Program-made: the position numbers and the translations under genes
From: Candidatus Sumerlaeaceae bacterium
GTDB lineage: Bacteria > Sumerlaeota > Sumerlaeia > Sumerlaeales > Sumerlaeaceae
Assembly (NCBI GenBank): GCA_051003195.1
Contig: JBPCLP010000055.1
Coordinates: 1 to 64,000, forward strand
Direction of reading: 5' to 3'
DNA: 64,000 nt
Shown: positions 17,003-27,533 of the stretch, one piece after another
Layout of the letters: each line of letters begins with the position of its first letter
How positions within the stretch are numbered: the stretch's first letter is position 1
The notes under the pieces: model-generated
What the model saw: only the letters and a program-made list of their open reading frames with translations
What the model was told of the DNA's origin: nothing
The model's database searches: none

Positions 17003-19207
17003 ATGGAAGTGCGTATTCAGAGGCTGCTGCACCGCTTTGAGAATCTCAAATATCTAACTGTGATCAGCGCGTTCACGCTGCTGCAACCTGCTGCCGCGGA
17101 ACCGCTGCAGATCACTGTGCCGGAATCCTTTCCGAGGTTTGAAGTGCCGGGGCAGGAGAGTCAGATGCAATTGTTGAGGGAGCTGCACTGGCTTCATTAT
17201 GCCGGCTGCGGACCCAAGGCCACATTGTGGGACGCATGGCTGGTGGAGCCCGGACTGTGGCCAGCAATTGAACAGACGACGGCGACACCCGACATGCGCC
17301 GGGAGTGGCGCGAAGAGCTCAGCAGCCGCACGATCATGCAGGATGGCTATGTGGCGACCCATCAGCACAAATCCATCGCGCACCAGCAGGGGTGGCCGTT
17401 TCCGTTCTGGACGCTGAGTCCCAACACATACGGCTGGCATTTTTCGTTTAAAGACACGGTGGGAGCAGACTGGCGGCCACCCACCCTGTCAGACACGACC
17501 GGATGGGCGCTTGACAACATTACGAGTGCGGGAATCGATGAGGACGGCTGGCAGTTGATGCTCGATGCGCCAGACGCTCACGCAACCATAACGCCGCAAG
17601 CCAAGGTCATCCGGGCGTTCGAAGCTCCCTTTATGCAGATTCGATGGCAATCGCGTGAGCTGCGCGACGCACAGCCGTATCTCGAATGGAGCACGAAAGA
17701 CCAGCCGGAATTCCACGCGACACGGCGGATATATTTTAGCCCACCAGGTTCCAACCGAATGGTCTATACCATGGTATCAATGTTTCATCATCCGCAATGG
17801 ACCGGGGAAATTACACGCCTTCGGCTTGGCTTCGGAAACCCGCGTGCTGCCCGTGTCTGCGTGCAGGCATTGTTTACTCAGTACGACACCCGGCATAATA
17901 TCAACAACCATAGTTATGTCGACGGCTGCATCGAATACTTCTGGTGGACACGCGATCTGAATTTTCTTCGGCGTAACCTGGATCGGATGCGCGTCGCCAC
18001 TCGATACATTATCGAGGAAGGTAAGCTGCGCGAACAGCACGTCTATGTTTGCGATTGGATCGGGCATGATGGGCGCACCGGTGTTGTGGCCAAAGACGGC
18101 AAGGTGGAAACGCGCCATGGCCACGGAATCGGCAGCAACTACTGGGACCTGCTGCCATTTGGCGCACGTGATGCATATGCGACCCTACGCAGTTATAGCA
18201 CACTTCGCAAGATGGCGCAGTTGGAAGATGAGGTCGGGCGCCATCCCGACTGGAACATTCCCGCGAGCCTTGCGAGCATTCCTGCTGATGAATTGCGTGA
18301 GATCAGCAACCAGGTGCAGGAGCATGGCAACCGGGAGTTCTGGACATCCGAAACGGGCCGCTTTGTCGCGTGCATCGATGCGGATGGGAAATCCCACGAT
18401 TATGGGCTTACATTCCTGAACCTTGAAGCCATCTACTACGGTTTTGCAACGCCCGGGCACTCGCAGGAAATTCTGGAGTGGCTCGACGGCAAGCGGATAG
18501 TAAACGACGATACTTCGACTGGACCCGATATCTACCATTGGAGGTTTGGCCCGCGTTCTTCCACACGTAGAAACCTGGACTGGTATGCATGGGTGTGGAA
18601 CGCGCCGCACTCGATACCGTTTGGCAACCAGGTGCAGGATGGCGGTGCGGTGCTTGGCTGGACGTATCATGACCTGGTATCGCGGCTTCGAATAAAAGGG
18701 CCAGACGACGCTGCCGAGCGGCTGAAGCAGATTATGGATTGGTTTGCCGAGGTCAAAGCAGCGGGGGGTTATCGCGCCTATTACAACGGCACGCGTGAGG
18801 GAACTTTGCAGGGCGGCAACGTGGCCGGCGGGCTCGGGTTCGACCAGGAGTTTTTCGAAAGCGCCTTGCTGCCGCAGATTATGCTGCACGGATTCATGGG
18901 CTTTCGCCCCACGGGTGTTGGCTTTGCCATCCATCCGCGTCTGCCGACAAGTTGGCCTTCGCTGCGGATCAACAATATTGCGTTCCATAATCAGACGCTG
19001 GATATCAGCGCGACTTCCTCGACTATAACCATTCAGCGATCCGGCCTTTCGCCCCCCGACCTGATCAGAATCGTCAGCCCAAATGACGAATGGTCGGCGG
19101 CCTGGGCAGATAATACAACCATCAGCCTTACGCGAAGTATCCAGCGTTCCAAGGACTGGCTGGTTGATTGGTCATCAACGAAGACGCTCGTGTTGTCGAA
19201 GCAATAA
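17003..19207 (+). CDS. Exported putative glycoside hydrolase, (alpha/alpha)6-barrel-like, unclassified
   Basis: Signal-like segment (LTVISAFTLLQPAAA); aromatic-rich; NYWD, N..FW....GRF and a C-terminal I.PRLP.SW segment resembling six-hairpin glycosidases. Start uncertain (ORF open from 16832). Confidence 0.5.
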   Translation: MEVRIQRLLHRFENLKYLTVISAFTLLQPAAAEPLQITVPESFPRFEVPGQESQMQLLRELHWLHYAGCGPKATLWDAWLVEPGLWPAIEQTTATPDMRREWREELSSRTIMQDGYVATHQHKSIAHQQGWPFPFWTLSPNTYGWHFSFKDTVGADWRPPTLSDTTGWALDNITSAGIDEDGWQLMLDAPDAHATITPQAKVIRAFEAPFMQIRWQSRELRDAQPYLEWSTKDQPEFHATRRIYFSPPGSNRMVYTMVSMFHHPQWTGEITRLRLGFGNPRAARVCVQALFTQYDTRHNINNHSYVDGCIEYFWWTRDLNFLRRNLDRMRVATRYIIEEGKLREQHVYVCDWIGHDGRTGVVAKDGKVETRHGHGIGSNYWDLLPFGARDAYATLRSYSTLRKMAQLEDEVGRHPDWNIPASLASIPADELREISNQVQEHGNREFWTSETGRFVACIDADGKSHDYGLTFLNLEAIYYGFATPGHSQEILEWLDGKRIVNDDTSTGPDIYHWRFGPRSSTRRNLDWYAWVWNAPHSIPFGNQVQDGGAVLGWTYHDLVSRLRIKGPDDAAERLKQIMDWFAEVKAAGGYRAYYNGTREGTLQGGNVAGGLGFDQEFFESALLPQIMLHGFMGFRPTGVGFAIHPRLPTSWPSLRINNIAFHNQTLDISATSSTITIQRSGLSPPDLIRIVSPNDEWSAAWADNTTISLTRSIQRSKDWLVDWSSTKTLVLSKQ

Positions 19208-19478
19208 CGGGCCTGGTTTGTGGCCAGGTTTCGATGAAATGAATAAAGCGAGCGTTTTAGCATTTGGAATTCAAATGGTTGCGCCACGTACGATACTTAT
19301 CGCGCCGATACGAATTAGCCGGCCCTAGCGGGTGCGGTCGCGCGATTTCGCGCTCCTGGTTTTCAGCCCCGCAGGGCATTAGCAATCTCTCCGTCCGCAA
19401 GCACATGTGCTTGCCCCTAGTCGCCGCGACGATCACAAACATTAGTTCGAACCCGTACCGGGAAGAAAGCCGCACAAA

Positions 19479-21098
19479 ATGAAAAAAGACGTCCTCCTCT
19501 ACGACACAACCCTTCGCGATGGAGAGCAGGGGGAGTTTATTGCATATTCGCTCGAAGACAAGCTGCACATCACACAGCGCCTTGATGATTTCGGAATGGA
19601 TTACATCGAGGGCGGCTGGCCGGGGTCTAATCCCAAGGCGATGAGCTTCTTTCATCGCATGAAGGATGTGCAGCTGAAACATGCGAAGCTCGCGGCCTTT
19701 GGCAGCACGCGCCGCAAGGAAATCCAGGCAAAAAACGATCCGCAACTGCAGACGCTCATCGAGGCAGGCACTCCCGTAGTTACGATCTTTGGAAAAACCT
19801 GGGACCTTCACGTGCATGAGGCGCTGCGGGTTTCGCTCGAAGAGAACCTCGCGATGATTTCAGATTCGGTAGGCTTCCTTAAGAGCGAAGGCCGGGAAGT
19901 CATCTATGATGCCGAGCATTTTTTCGATGGATATAAGGCGAATCCCAACTACGCGTTGCAAACGCTTAAAGCCGCTGCCGATGCAGGCGCCGACTGCCTT
20001 GTATTGTGCGACACCAATGGCGGCACCATGCCGACCGATCTGCCGGAAATACTCGCCGCCGTGAAAAACACGGTCTCCACGCCTCTTGGCATTCACCCGC
20101 ATAATGATGCCGGAATGGCGGTAGCGAACGCCTGCGTGGCCATTAATGAAGGCGCTGTCCATGTACAGGGCACCGTCAATGGGTACGGCGAACGTTGCGG
20201 CAATGCCGACCTGATACAGATTATCCCCAATCTTGAACTGAAATACCATAAACGCTGCCTTGAAGACGGACAGTTAAAACAACTCACCTCGGTGTCGCAC
20301 TTTGTGGCAGAAGTCGCAAACCTTTCACCCGACCCGCACCAGCCCTACGTCGGCCAGACGGTGTTTGCGCATAAGGGCGGCATTCACGTCAGCGCGGTGC
20401 AGCGTAACCCTGCCACCTACGAACACATTCCCCCGGAAACGGTGGGTAACTCCCGCCGCGTTCTGGTGAGTGAGTTAAGCGGGCAGAGCAATGTGCATTA
20501 TAAAGCGGAAGAACTCGGGATCCACCTTGATACCGCGAGCGACGAAGCGCGACGCATCGTGCAGCGTGTGAAGGAAATGGAGGCGGAGGGTTTTCAGTTC
20601 GAAGGCGCTGAGGCCAGTTTCGAACTGCTGATCCAGAAAGCACAGGGAAAACACAGGCCGTTTTTCGAACTCCAGGGGTTTAGGGTTATTACGTCGAAGC
20701 AGGGTGGTGATTCCACGTGCGGCGCCGAAGCAATCATTAAGCTGAAGGTGAACGGTGAAGACCGTCACGTGGTTGCGGAAGGCGATGGACCGGTCAATGC
20801 CCTGGACCGCGCCATGCGCAAAGCGTTGGTAAACGATTACCCGATCTTGAAACGGACCCATCTTATTGATTTTAAAGTCCGGGTGCTGAACGCGCGAAGC
20901 GGCACGGCCGCCCGCGTGCGCGTGCTGATTGAAAGCAGCGACGGGGAATCAACATGGACAACCGTCGGCGTAAGTGAAAACCTGATAGAGGCGAGCTACC
21001 AGGCGCTACTCGACAGCATCGATTACGTATTGCTCAAACACCAGGAAGTATCGGCGGCGGATGTAAGGGCAGACATCCCGATACCCGCCGCGCTGTAA
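19479..21098 (+). CDS. cimA: Citramalate synthase (LeuA/CimA family)
   Basis: DTTLRDGEQ, YIEGGWPGSNP, YDAEHFFDG, H.HND, GERCGNA, FAHKGGIH; C-terminal regulatory domain GDGPVNALD. Confidence 0.92.
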   Translation: MKKDVLLYDTTLRDGEQGEFIAYSLEDKLHITQRLDDFGMDYIEGGWPGSNPKAMSFFHRMKDVQLKHAKLAAFGSTRRKEIQAKNDPQLQTLIEAGTPVVTIFGKTWDLHVHEALRVSLEENLAMISDSVGFLKSEGREVIYDAEHFFDGYKANPNYALQTLKAAADAGADCLVLCDTNGGTMPTDLPEILAAVKNTVSTPLGIHPHNDAGMAVANACVAINEGAVHVQGTVNGYGERCGNADLIQIIPNLELKYHKRCLEDGQLKQLTSVSHFVAEVANLSPDPHQPYVGQTVFAHKGGIHVSAVQRNPATYEHIPPETVGNSRRVLVSELSGQSNVHYKAEELGIHLDTASDEARRIVQRVKEMEAEGFQFEGAEASFELLIQKAQGKHRPFFELQGFRVITSKQGGDSTCGAEAIIKLKVNGEDRHVVAEGDGPVNALDRAMRKALVNDYPILKRTHLIDFKVRVLNARSGTAARVRVLIESSDGESTWTTVGVSENLIEASYQALLDSIDYVLLKHQEVSAADVRADIPIPAAL

Positions 21099-21118
21099 GT
21101 GCTATGGAGAAAGGAAAT

Positions 21119-21148
21119 GCCGCGAGATCTTATCTCGCGGCCTTTTTT
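21119..21148. terminator. Terminator between convergent genes
   Basis: GCCGCGAGAT-ctt-ATCTCGCGGC followed by a T-run. Confidence 0.75.
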
Positions 21149-21179
21149 CAGCGTTTTCGTAGCGGCTCTTGCGCAAAAA

Positions 21180-22136
21180 TTACCGGCGTTTAATTTCCTG
21201 CTCGCCGGCCCGTGCCGGCGCTTTATCCGCACCCGCCGGCGGAGGTGGGGGAGGAGGGTCTTCGGTGGCGCCAGGCTTGCCAGCTTCCACTATAACCTTG
21301 TGCTCGACAGGGTCGCCATCAAACGCCAACTGCGAATCCTTAATCGTAGGAGTCGTTACTTCATCACCCATGCCCGGCTTTGGCCTGGTCGCCAGTGCAA
21401 AAACCTGGTAGGACTGAGGCTGAACATCGAAGAATGAATACCTGCCTTTTTCGGACACGCTCGGAGTGTGCGGCTCCATGATGTCGCCATTCTTTCCACG
21501 CAGGCGCAGCGCCACGGGGAAATCGATCGGCTGACCGGATGCGTCATTTGCCAGCACCCGCACAACTGCTTCGTCCTGCAGTATAATATCTCCAAAGTCT
21601 ACCTGCGGCGGCCGAACATACCGGTTCTCGACAACGAACGCTTCGCCGATCTTTCCATTTTGGACCGGCAGCCCATTTTGGGCGTTATCCTTTATCGTAG
21701 CAATGCGCTGGTCCACCAGTTCACGCGACATTTTCTTCGAAACCGCCATGCTTTCGGCGCCTGGTCCGGGTATGCTTGCAGGATCTGCCGCCGGGTCATA
21801 GACCAGTGCATAGTTGCCGGGTGCCATGGTCAGCGTAAAGCTGCCCCCCTCATCAATGGCCACAGATTTCTCCGCCATTGCCTTAACCTTATCGAGCGGG
21901 TTATCACGCGGAATTTCATTCAACCGGCTCTGGAAAATGAAGTATGCCACGCCCGCCTTCGCACCGGAACCATCGGCATTCACAATATGTCCGCTGACAT
22001 TTGTCAGCTCAGGTGGCTCCGTATAAGCGGGCGTTGCTTTGGCCGCGGCGGGTGTTGCGTCCTGGGCCAGTGTGCTCGTGCTGTAGAGTGAAACTGCCGC
22101 GGCAGCCGCGGCAACGTAAGTCAAGGTACTGCGCAT
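21180..22136 (-). CDS. Exported hypothetical protein with carboxypeptidase-regulatory-like domains and a Pro-rich tail
   Basis: AAGGGAG RBS before MRSTLTY; signal peptide ending TLA-QD; GSFTL..APGNY motif. Confidence 0.65.
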   Translation of the reverse strand: MRSTLTYVAAAAAAVSLYSTSTLAQDATPAAAKATPAYTEPPELTNVSGHIVNADGSGAKAGVAYFIFQSRLNEIPRDNPLDKVKAMAEKSVAIDEGGSFTLTMAPGNYALVYDPAADPASIPGPGAESMAVSKKMSRELVDQRIATIKDNAQNGLPVQNGKIGEAFVVENRYVRPPQVDFGDIILQDEAVVRVLANDASGQPIDFPVALRLRGKNGDIMEPHTPSVSEKGRYSFFDVQPQSYQVFALATRPKPGMGDEVTTPTIKDSQLAFDGDPVEHKVIVEAGKPGATEDPPPPPPPAGADKAPARAGEQEIKRR

Positions 22137-22401
22137 GTGCTTTGCTCCCTTTATGGGATGATCGTCATTATCGGGCGTATAAGGCCCGGGCACAGCATGG
22201 TGGCAAGAAACCAGCCACCTAACGCGCCTGCAGAATGCCTGCGTCAAGTTAAAGAAATACAGGCACTCATCCTAAATCGAGTAACCCGCCGCAGTGCGGG
22301 AAATGGACAGTTATAGCACCCGCTTGTCCGTATGTCTTAACCCGGCACAGGTTTCTGCCTCCGAAACCTGCCGATTCGAACGTTCTCTGCACCATGCAAC
22401 G

Positions 22402-23484
22402 TCAGGTCATTGAATCGGCCAGCAGTCTTGCCGCCTGGATGAAGTTCTGAGCTTGTGGGGATTGCGGCTCGCTGAGGACGATAGGAGTGCCGGCATCGCC
22501 CGCTTCGCGTACTTTGATATCCAGCGGGATTTCGCCGAGGAAAGGAATTCCAAGTGCCAGCGCGATTCTCCTGCCGCCACCGTGCGAAAATACGTCAGTC
22601 CGTTCATGGCAGTGCGGGCATTCGAAATAGCTCATATTCTCGATGATGCCCAGCAAAGGAACGTTCTGCGCCTGGAACATCGCAATGCCGCGGCGCACGT
22701 CCTGAAGCGCGACATCCTGTGGCGTGGTTACATGCACTATGCCGGTAATTTTTACGAGCTGCATCATGGAAATCTGCACGTCTCCGGTTCCCGGTGGAAG
22801 GTCGACGATCAGATAGTCCAATTCGCCCCAGTCCACCTGCCCGAAGAATTGACGCAATGCGCTGTTAAGCATCGGACCTCGCCACACCACCGGCTGGTCT
22901 TCCTGCAGTAAAAAGCCCATGCTCATGACCTTTAGCCCGTGCTTCTGCAGTGGCTCGATCATCTGGATTTCACTGCCATCCGGCTGCTTATAGACAGCAA
23001 CAGTTGGCTCTGCGCCGGATAGCCCCGCCATCAGGGGCACGTTAGGTCCATAGATGTCAGCATCCAGCAGACCGACACGGGCGCCGGTTTGCGCCAGCGC
23101 CGACGCAAGGTTGACGGAAACGGTCGACTTTCCGACACCTCCTTTGCCGGATGCAATGCCAACAATATTACGAACACCCTTTGCCATCTCCATCGGCTGC
23201 TGGCCGGGTACGGTGCGCGCGGACTGCGAAGGCGCCGGACTTCCGCCAAAATCCACGTTGATTTTTTTTACACCGGAGACCATGATAACCGCGCCTTTGA
23301 TCTCGCGCTCAATAGTTGCCCTGTGCGGCTGGGAAGCCTCCGGAAGTGAAACGCTCAGCGAGACTTCCCCTGTATCCGTGGTCTTAAGTTCTTTTATCAT
23401 GTTCAGCGATACGAGATCGCGTTGCACTCCGGGTTCCATTATGGTGCGAAGTGTGGCCCAGACTGCATCTTCCTGAATCGGCAT
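22402..23484 (-). CDS. mrp: Mrp/ApbC/NBP35 Fe-S cluster carrier ATPase
   Basis: SGKGGVGKST, DADIYGP, WRGPM, DLPPGTGD, ENMS..CPHC; N-terminal DUF59-like domain. Confidence 0.95.
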   Translation of the reverse strand: MPIQEDAVWATLRTIMEPGVQRDLVSLNMIKELKTTDTGEVSLSVSLPEASQPHRATIEREIKGAVIMVSGVKKINVDFGGSPAPSQSARTVPGQQPMEMAKGVRNIVGIASGKGGVGKSTVSVNLASALAQTGARVGLLDADIYGPNVPLMAGLSGAEPTVAVYKQPDGSEIQMIEPLQKHGLKVMSMGFLLQEDQPVVWRGPMLNSALRQFFGQVDWGELDYLIVDLPPGTGDVQISMMQLVKITGIVHVTTPQDVALQDVRRGIAMFQAQNVPLLGIIENMSYFECPHCHERTDVFSHGGGRRIALALGIPFLGEIPLDIKVREAGDAGTPIVLSEPQSPQAQNFIQAARLLADSMT

Positions 23485-23758
23485 GTTTATCCTTTGATAT
23501 CGAGCGGCTTTAGTGGCGGCTCGTCGGGAAAAGCAAAACGAATTACCCAAATTCGTGTCCCCCGAGTCAATGCCCCCGCTTGTCTACGAATAGCGCTGTG
23601 CCCAATTCGCAAGTTTCTTCGGGAATGATATTATACTCGTCTTGCGATAATGTTTGCACGTAAATGGAGCTGCCGGACGCAATGCGACATCATTGCGTCG
23701 CCCAGATAAAAGGACCTACGTGCTCAAACTCCTGCTTCGACATAGCTGGCCAGATCAT

Positions 23759-25744
23759 ATGGCCTTTTCGTTTCGGCATCCCGGCGATTGGGCGCTTCTG
23801 CTGGTTGCAGGGATCACCGCCATACTAAGCGGACAGGCTGTCATTGCCCAACCTCATGTGATCCATGCCAGGATCGGCACCATCGAAGAAGACTATCATT
23901 GTACGCACATCGCTCGGGGCGGCTTTCACCAGGTCGACATCGACCGTAATACCACGGGTCCCCAGGTGCTACGCTTTGTAATTCCGGACGACCTCGAGGG
24001 CCACGCATTCGACATTGAATTGTGCGAAGGCCATGTGACCACGGCACGCCGCTCCGGTACCACCAGTGGTGTTGGTCGGCGCTCCATTTTTTTGCCCCCC
24101 GCGGACCACCTCACCACTACAGTCGCGGTGATCAACCGCGCGAACGAACCGCTGTACCTAGAAGGCATTTACCGCGTACCTGAACTGGGCAACGAGCAGC
24201 AGCACACTCTGCCACCAGACGATTTTACAATGGCGCTGCTGTTCCCGGCCGATACCTCAACAACGCGCCAGCGCGTGCGAGCGCTGGATCAGCTCTCAAG
24301 CGCACCGGGCGTTCAGTTCGCGGCTGGATTTGAACTCTACTTCGCGAGGCTTTCCGTTGAAGAACTCCGCCTGCAGCTCCGCGGAATTCGCCAACTCTGC
24401 GAAACACATCACGTTAAAGCGCTTATCAGCCCGTGCAGTTGGTGGGCCGGCACGCCACCCGAAGTATACACCCGATTAGACTTTCAGCAGGTGTGTTGGT
24501 CCCCTGCCGACAACGGTCCGGCAGCGGATTCTCTGAAAGAATTGCTCGGGGCGAGATGGAGTTCGCGATACGGACTGACGACTCCCAATATGTGGAGCAA
24601 CACACCATGGCAGACAATGAACCATCCCGAACTGAACGCCATGCGCAGCACGCGCCTGAAGCAGGTTGTACCCATAGTGGAAGAAGAACTGCACGGCAAG
24701 CTCTGCGGCTACGTGTCAGAAAACGAGCCTGCATACTGGGCATGGGACGCCAGCGACTACATGTACCCGGTGAAACGCCCAGATATCTGGGCGGACTTTA
24801 ACCCCCACACCGTGGCCGATGCAAAACGTGATGGGCTGGAACTGAACCCTGCTGACGGACTGACGCTGAAGGAGCGGATGTGGCTGCACGAAAATGCCGC
24901 CCGGTACATCCAGGCAAACATCAACGATCTGAACACATGCAAGCCCTCGGCTCCGGTGTACTCGCATGCACTGCTCGAGCAGCACTTCCCGCTGCAGGGC
25001 ACCGGCCATTATCGACCGTACGCAGAAGTAGCCCGGGTTCAGAATGCGCGCCTCGGTCTCGAACTTTTACGCAAGGCGAACTTCGACGGATTGTGGCGAG
25101 TGCGCGAATGGGGACCATGGGGCTGCATTAATCGCGAGGAGAACGACGGCGTCGCCATGGAATATCACCTGGGAATGCTGCAACTGATGTATGCTTTGGG
25201 TGCCGAAAATTTTAACTCTTACAACTGGCAGAGTGTGAACGAAAATGGCCGCGCCATGCAGTACTTCAATAGCTTCCTCGACAGCGTTCGGAAACGCGAG
25301 GTCATCGTGGGCGAACGGCCCAACGGGACCGATTGGCGCCCGCTTCACCCCGGCAATGAACCTGGGGCGGAACTCATTGCGCCGCTGGAGGTCAGTTACC
25401 TCTTCCCATGGGCGAACGAACTATCGCTGGAACTGCGTGCTGCGGACTCTTGCACCAGCATTGCCGTCTGGCTTACACAGGGTGCGGGCGGCCCCATCCT
25501 GGCCTGGAGAAACATTCGCAGTGTGGATGTCGCTACATCTGGCCCGACCCACATTGAACTCGGCGACCTGCTGAAACTCGAGCAGGACGATCCCATAACA
25601 CTGCATGTTAAGGTGCAAGAAACGGGCTGGGAACTCCGCAGCTCCGCGGATGGACCGAGCTATCGTCTAATCTGCGATCTCATCCGTGCGCGGCGTTACA
25701 ACCAATGGCTGGTGTCTACAGTGGTAAGAAAAATGGCCCCCTGA
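23759..25744 (+). CDS. Exported putative clan GH-A (TIM-barrel) glycoside hydrolase-like protein
   Basis: Signal peptide; ENEP acid/base-like motif; aromatic-rich core; C-terminal beta-rich domain. Start uncertain. Confidence 0.45.
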   Translation: MAFSFRHPGDWALLLVAGITAILSGQAVIAQPHVIHARIGTIEEDYHCTHIARGGFHQVDIDRNTTGPQVLRFVIPDDLEGHAFDIELCEGHVTTARRSGTTSGVGRRSIFLPPADHLTTTVAVINRANEPLYLEGIYRVPELGNEQQHTLPPDDFTMALLFPADTSTTRQRVRALDQLSSAPGVQFAAGFELYFARLSVEELRLQLRGIRQLCETHHVKALISPCSWWAGTPPEVYTRLDFQQVCWSPADNGPAADSLKELLGARWSSRYGLTTPNMWSNTPWQTMNHPELNAMRSTRLKQVVPIVEEELHGKLCGYVSENEPAYWAWDASDYMYPVKRPDIWADFNPHTVADAKRDGLELNPADGLTLKERMWLHENAARYIQANINDLNTCKPSAPVYSHALLEQHFPLQGTGHYRPYAEVARVQNARLGLELLRKANFDGLWRVREWGPWGCINREENDGVAMEYHLGMLQLMYALGAENFNSYNWQSVNENGRAMQYFNSFLDSVRKREVIVGERPNGTDWRPLHPGNEPGAELIAPLEVSYLFPWANELSLELRAADSCTSIAVWLTQGAGGPILAWRNIRSVDVATSGPTHIELGDLLKLEQDDPITLHVKVQETGWELRSSADGPSYRLICDLIRARRYNQWLVSTVVRKMAP

Positions 25745-25787
25745 TCCAGGTGGGCGACAGTCCTTTTACCCGTAGTTCAATTCTCTG

Positions 25788-25816
25788 TTGACGTGACAGG
25801 GCGCTCTATTCATACT
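25788..25816 (+). promoter_or_regulatory. Possible sigma70 promoter of the DUF1800 operon
   Basis: TTGACG-17 bp-CATACT. Confidence 0.4.
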
Positions 25817-25945
25817 TGCTTGCACTGGGTGACAATCCGGAAAGAGCGGAAGCTTCACTACTCGCGCGGCGGCGCTTCCGATCAGTCCTGATGCTGGCCC
25901 GCGCATTTCACGAAGATTGGAACGCGTCAGGATGCTTAGCGGCTG

Positions 25946-27520
25946 ATGGCTTACCTCGACCCTTACACCGGCCCCTGGACTACGAAGGAAGCTGCACATC
26001 TGGCGCGTCGCGCTGGTTTCGGTGCCACACCCGCGGAACTCGCTACCATGGTGAGCGCCGGTATGAGTGGCGCCGTGGATGCCCGCGTAAATTACTCGCC
26101 CACCGACACCACGCTGGACGCACAGATCACAGCGTTGCCGGCAACTACCGATAACAACCAGATTAAAGCTCCCATACAGAGCGCGCACCTGGAAGGCTGG
26201 TGGATTTATCGCATGGTGCATAGCACCCAGCCGCTACAGCAGCAGTTTGCGCTTTTTATGCACGACACCCTCTGTTCGGAATACGGGAAGGTCAGCAACA
26301 ACGTTTCGAACGCGTCCGATGATGGCAACGACGGCAGCCAGGCCGGACAGGCGTGCTTAGTTTCAAGTGGCGGACTCGCGCCTGACATCGACCGCCAGCG
26401 TAAGATTATCCTGCGGTTGCTGAAGGACCAGAACACAATCTTCACAACTCAAGGGCACCTGGGCTACGTCAATCTTCTGAAGACAATTACCCGCGATCCT
26501 GCCATGCTTATATACCTGGACAACCGGTTGAACATCAAGGGTAAGGCGCAGGAAAACTATGCGCGCGAAGTAATGGAGCTGTTCAGCATGGGCGTTGGCA
26601 ACTACACCGAGACCGACGTTCGCGAAATCGCCCGCGCCTTCACCGGCGAAACTGTCCGCACTTCCTGCTCCCTCAACTGGCCGTACGATTATTCCTACGA
26701 TGCGACCAAGCACGATACAAATTCGAAAACCGTGTTCGGAGTCACGTTCAATAATGCCGCGGCCGGTGCCGATACCAACCAGGTGATCGACCTGATTGCG
26801 AACACGATTAGCAACAGCGGCATCACGCCCGCGCACCAGGTGTTGCCGGCCACATCCATTCACATGTCGTGGAAGTTCATTACATGGTTTGTCTCTGAAA
26901 GCATTCCGATCAGCCACGATGCGGTAGTCGAGCTGGCCACGTTTTTCTATAACAACACTTCGCCGAACGGCTACCCCTACGACGTGCGCGAAACGCTTCG
27001 CAAGCTGTTCAAGTCTCAGTTCTTTTACGATAACGCGTACTACTACAGGATGTATAAACACCCGCCGGACTATATGGTCAGCGCATTGCGCAATCTCGGT
27101 ATCGATGACACCAATTACACTGGCAGCGCATATAGTCGGCTGCGGAGCATGGGCATGAGATTGTTCCAGCCTCCCAATGTGGCCGGATGGAACCACGGCC
27201 GCGCATGGATCAATTCCGGCAATCTCGTCGCGCGCTTCAACTACGCCGACCGTATCAGCACCTCGACGTTCATGACGGACGCATATGTGGACAACCTGAT
27301 CACTTCCGGCGCCGTTACAAACACCAACGACAACACGGGGATTCTAAATTACCTGAGCCAGCGCCTGCTGCAGGATTCCCTTACGGTGGCCGAGACGGCC
27401 CCCTTTACCACATTCTTTAACGGCATCACCACCGGCACAGCCACACAATCGCAATACCGGCGCAAGGTACGTGGCGCCGCACACCTGATGATGACCATGC
27501 CGCGCTACCAGTTGAAGTAA
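25946..27520 (+). CDS. DUF1800 family protein
   Basis: AAHLARRAGFG, DPAML.YLDN, ENYARE.MELF.MG, PPNVAGW, P.YQL. Confidence 0.92.
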   Translation: MAYLDPYTGPWTTKEAAHLARRAGFGATPAELATMVSAGMSGAVDARVNYSPTDTTLDAQITALPATTDNNQIKAPIQSAHLEGWWIYRMVHSTQPLQQQFALFMHDTLCSEYGKVSNNVSNASDDGNDGSQAGQACLVSSGGLAPDIDRQRKIILRLLKDQNTIFTTQGHLGYVNLLKTITRDPAMLIYLDNRLNIKGKAQENYAREVMELFSMGVGNYTETDVREIARAFTGETVRTSCSLNWPYDYSYDATKHDTNSKTVFGVTFNNAAAGADTNQVIDLIANTISNSGITPAHQVLPATSIHMSWKFITWFVSESIPISHDAVVELATFFYNNTSPNGYPYDVRETLRKLFKSQFFYDNAYYYRMYKHPPDYMVSALRNLGIDDTNYTGSAYSRLRSMGMRLFQPPNVAGWNHGRAWINSGNLVARFNYADRISTSTFMTDAYVDNLITSGAVTNTNDNTGILNYLSQRLLQDSLTVAETAPFTTFFNGITTGTATQSQYRRKVRGAAHLMMTMPRYQLK

Positions 27521-27533
27521 GGAGTCCCAGACC

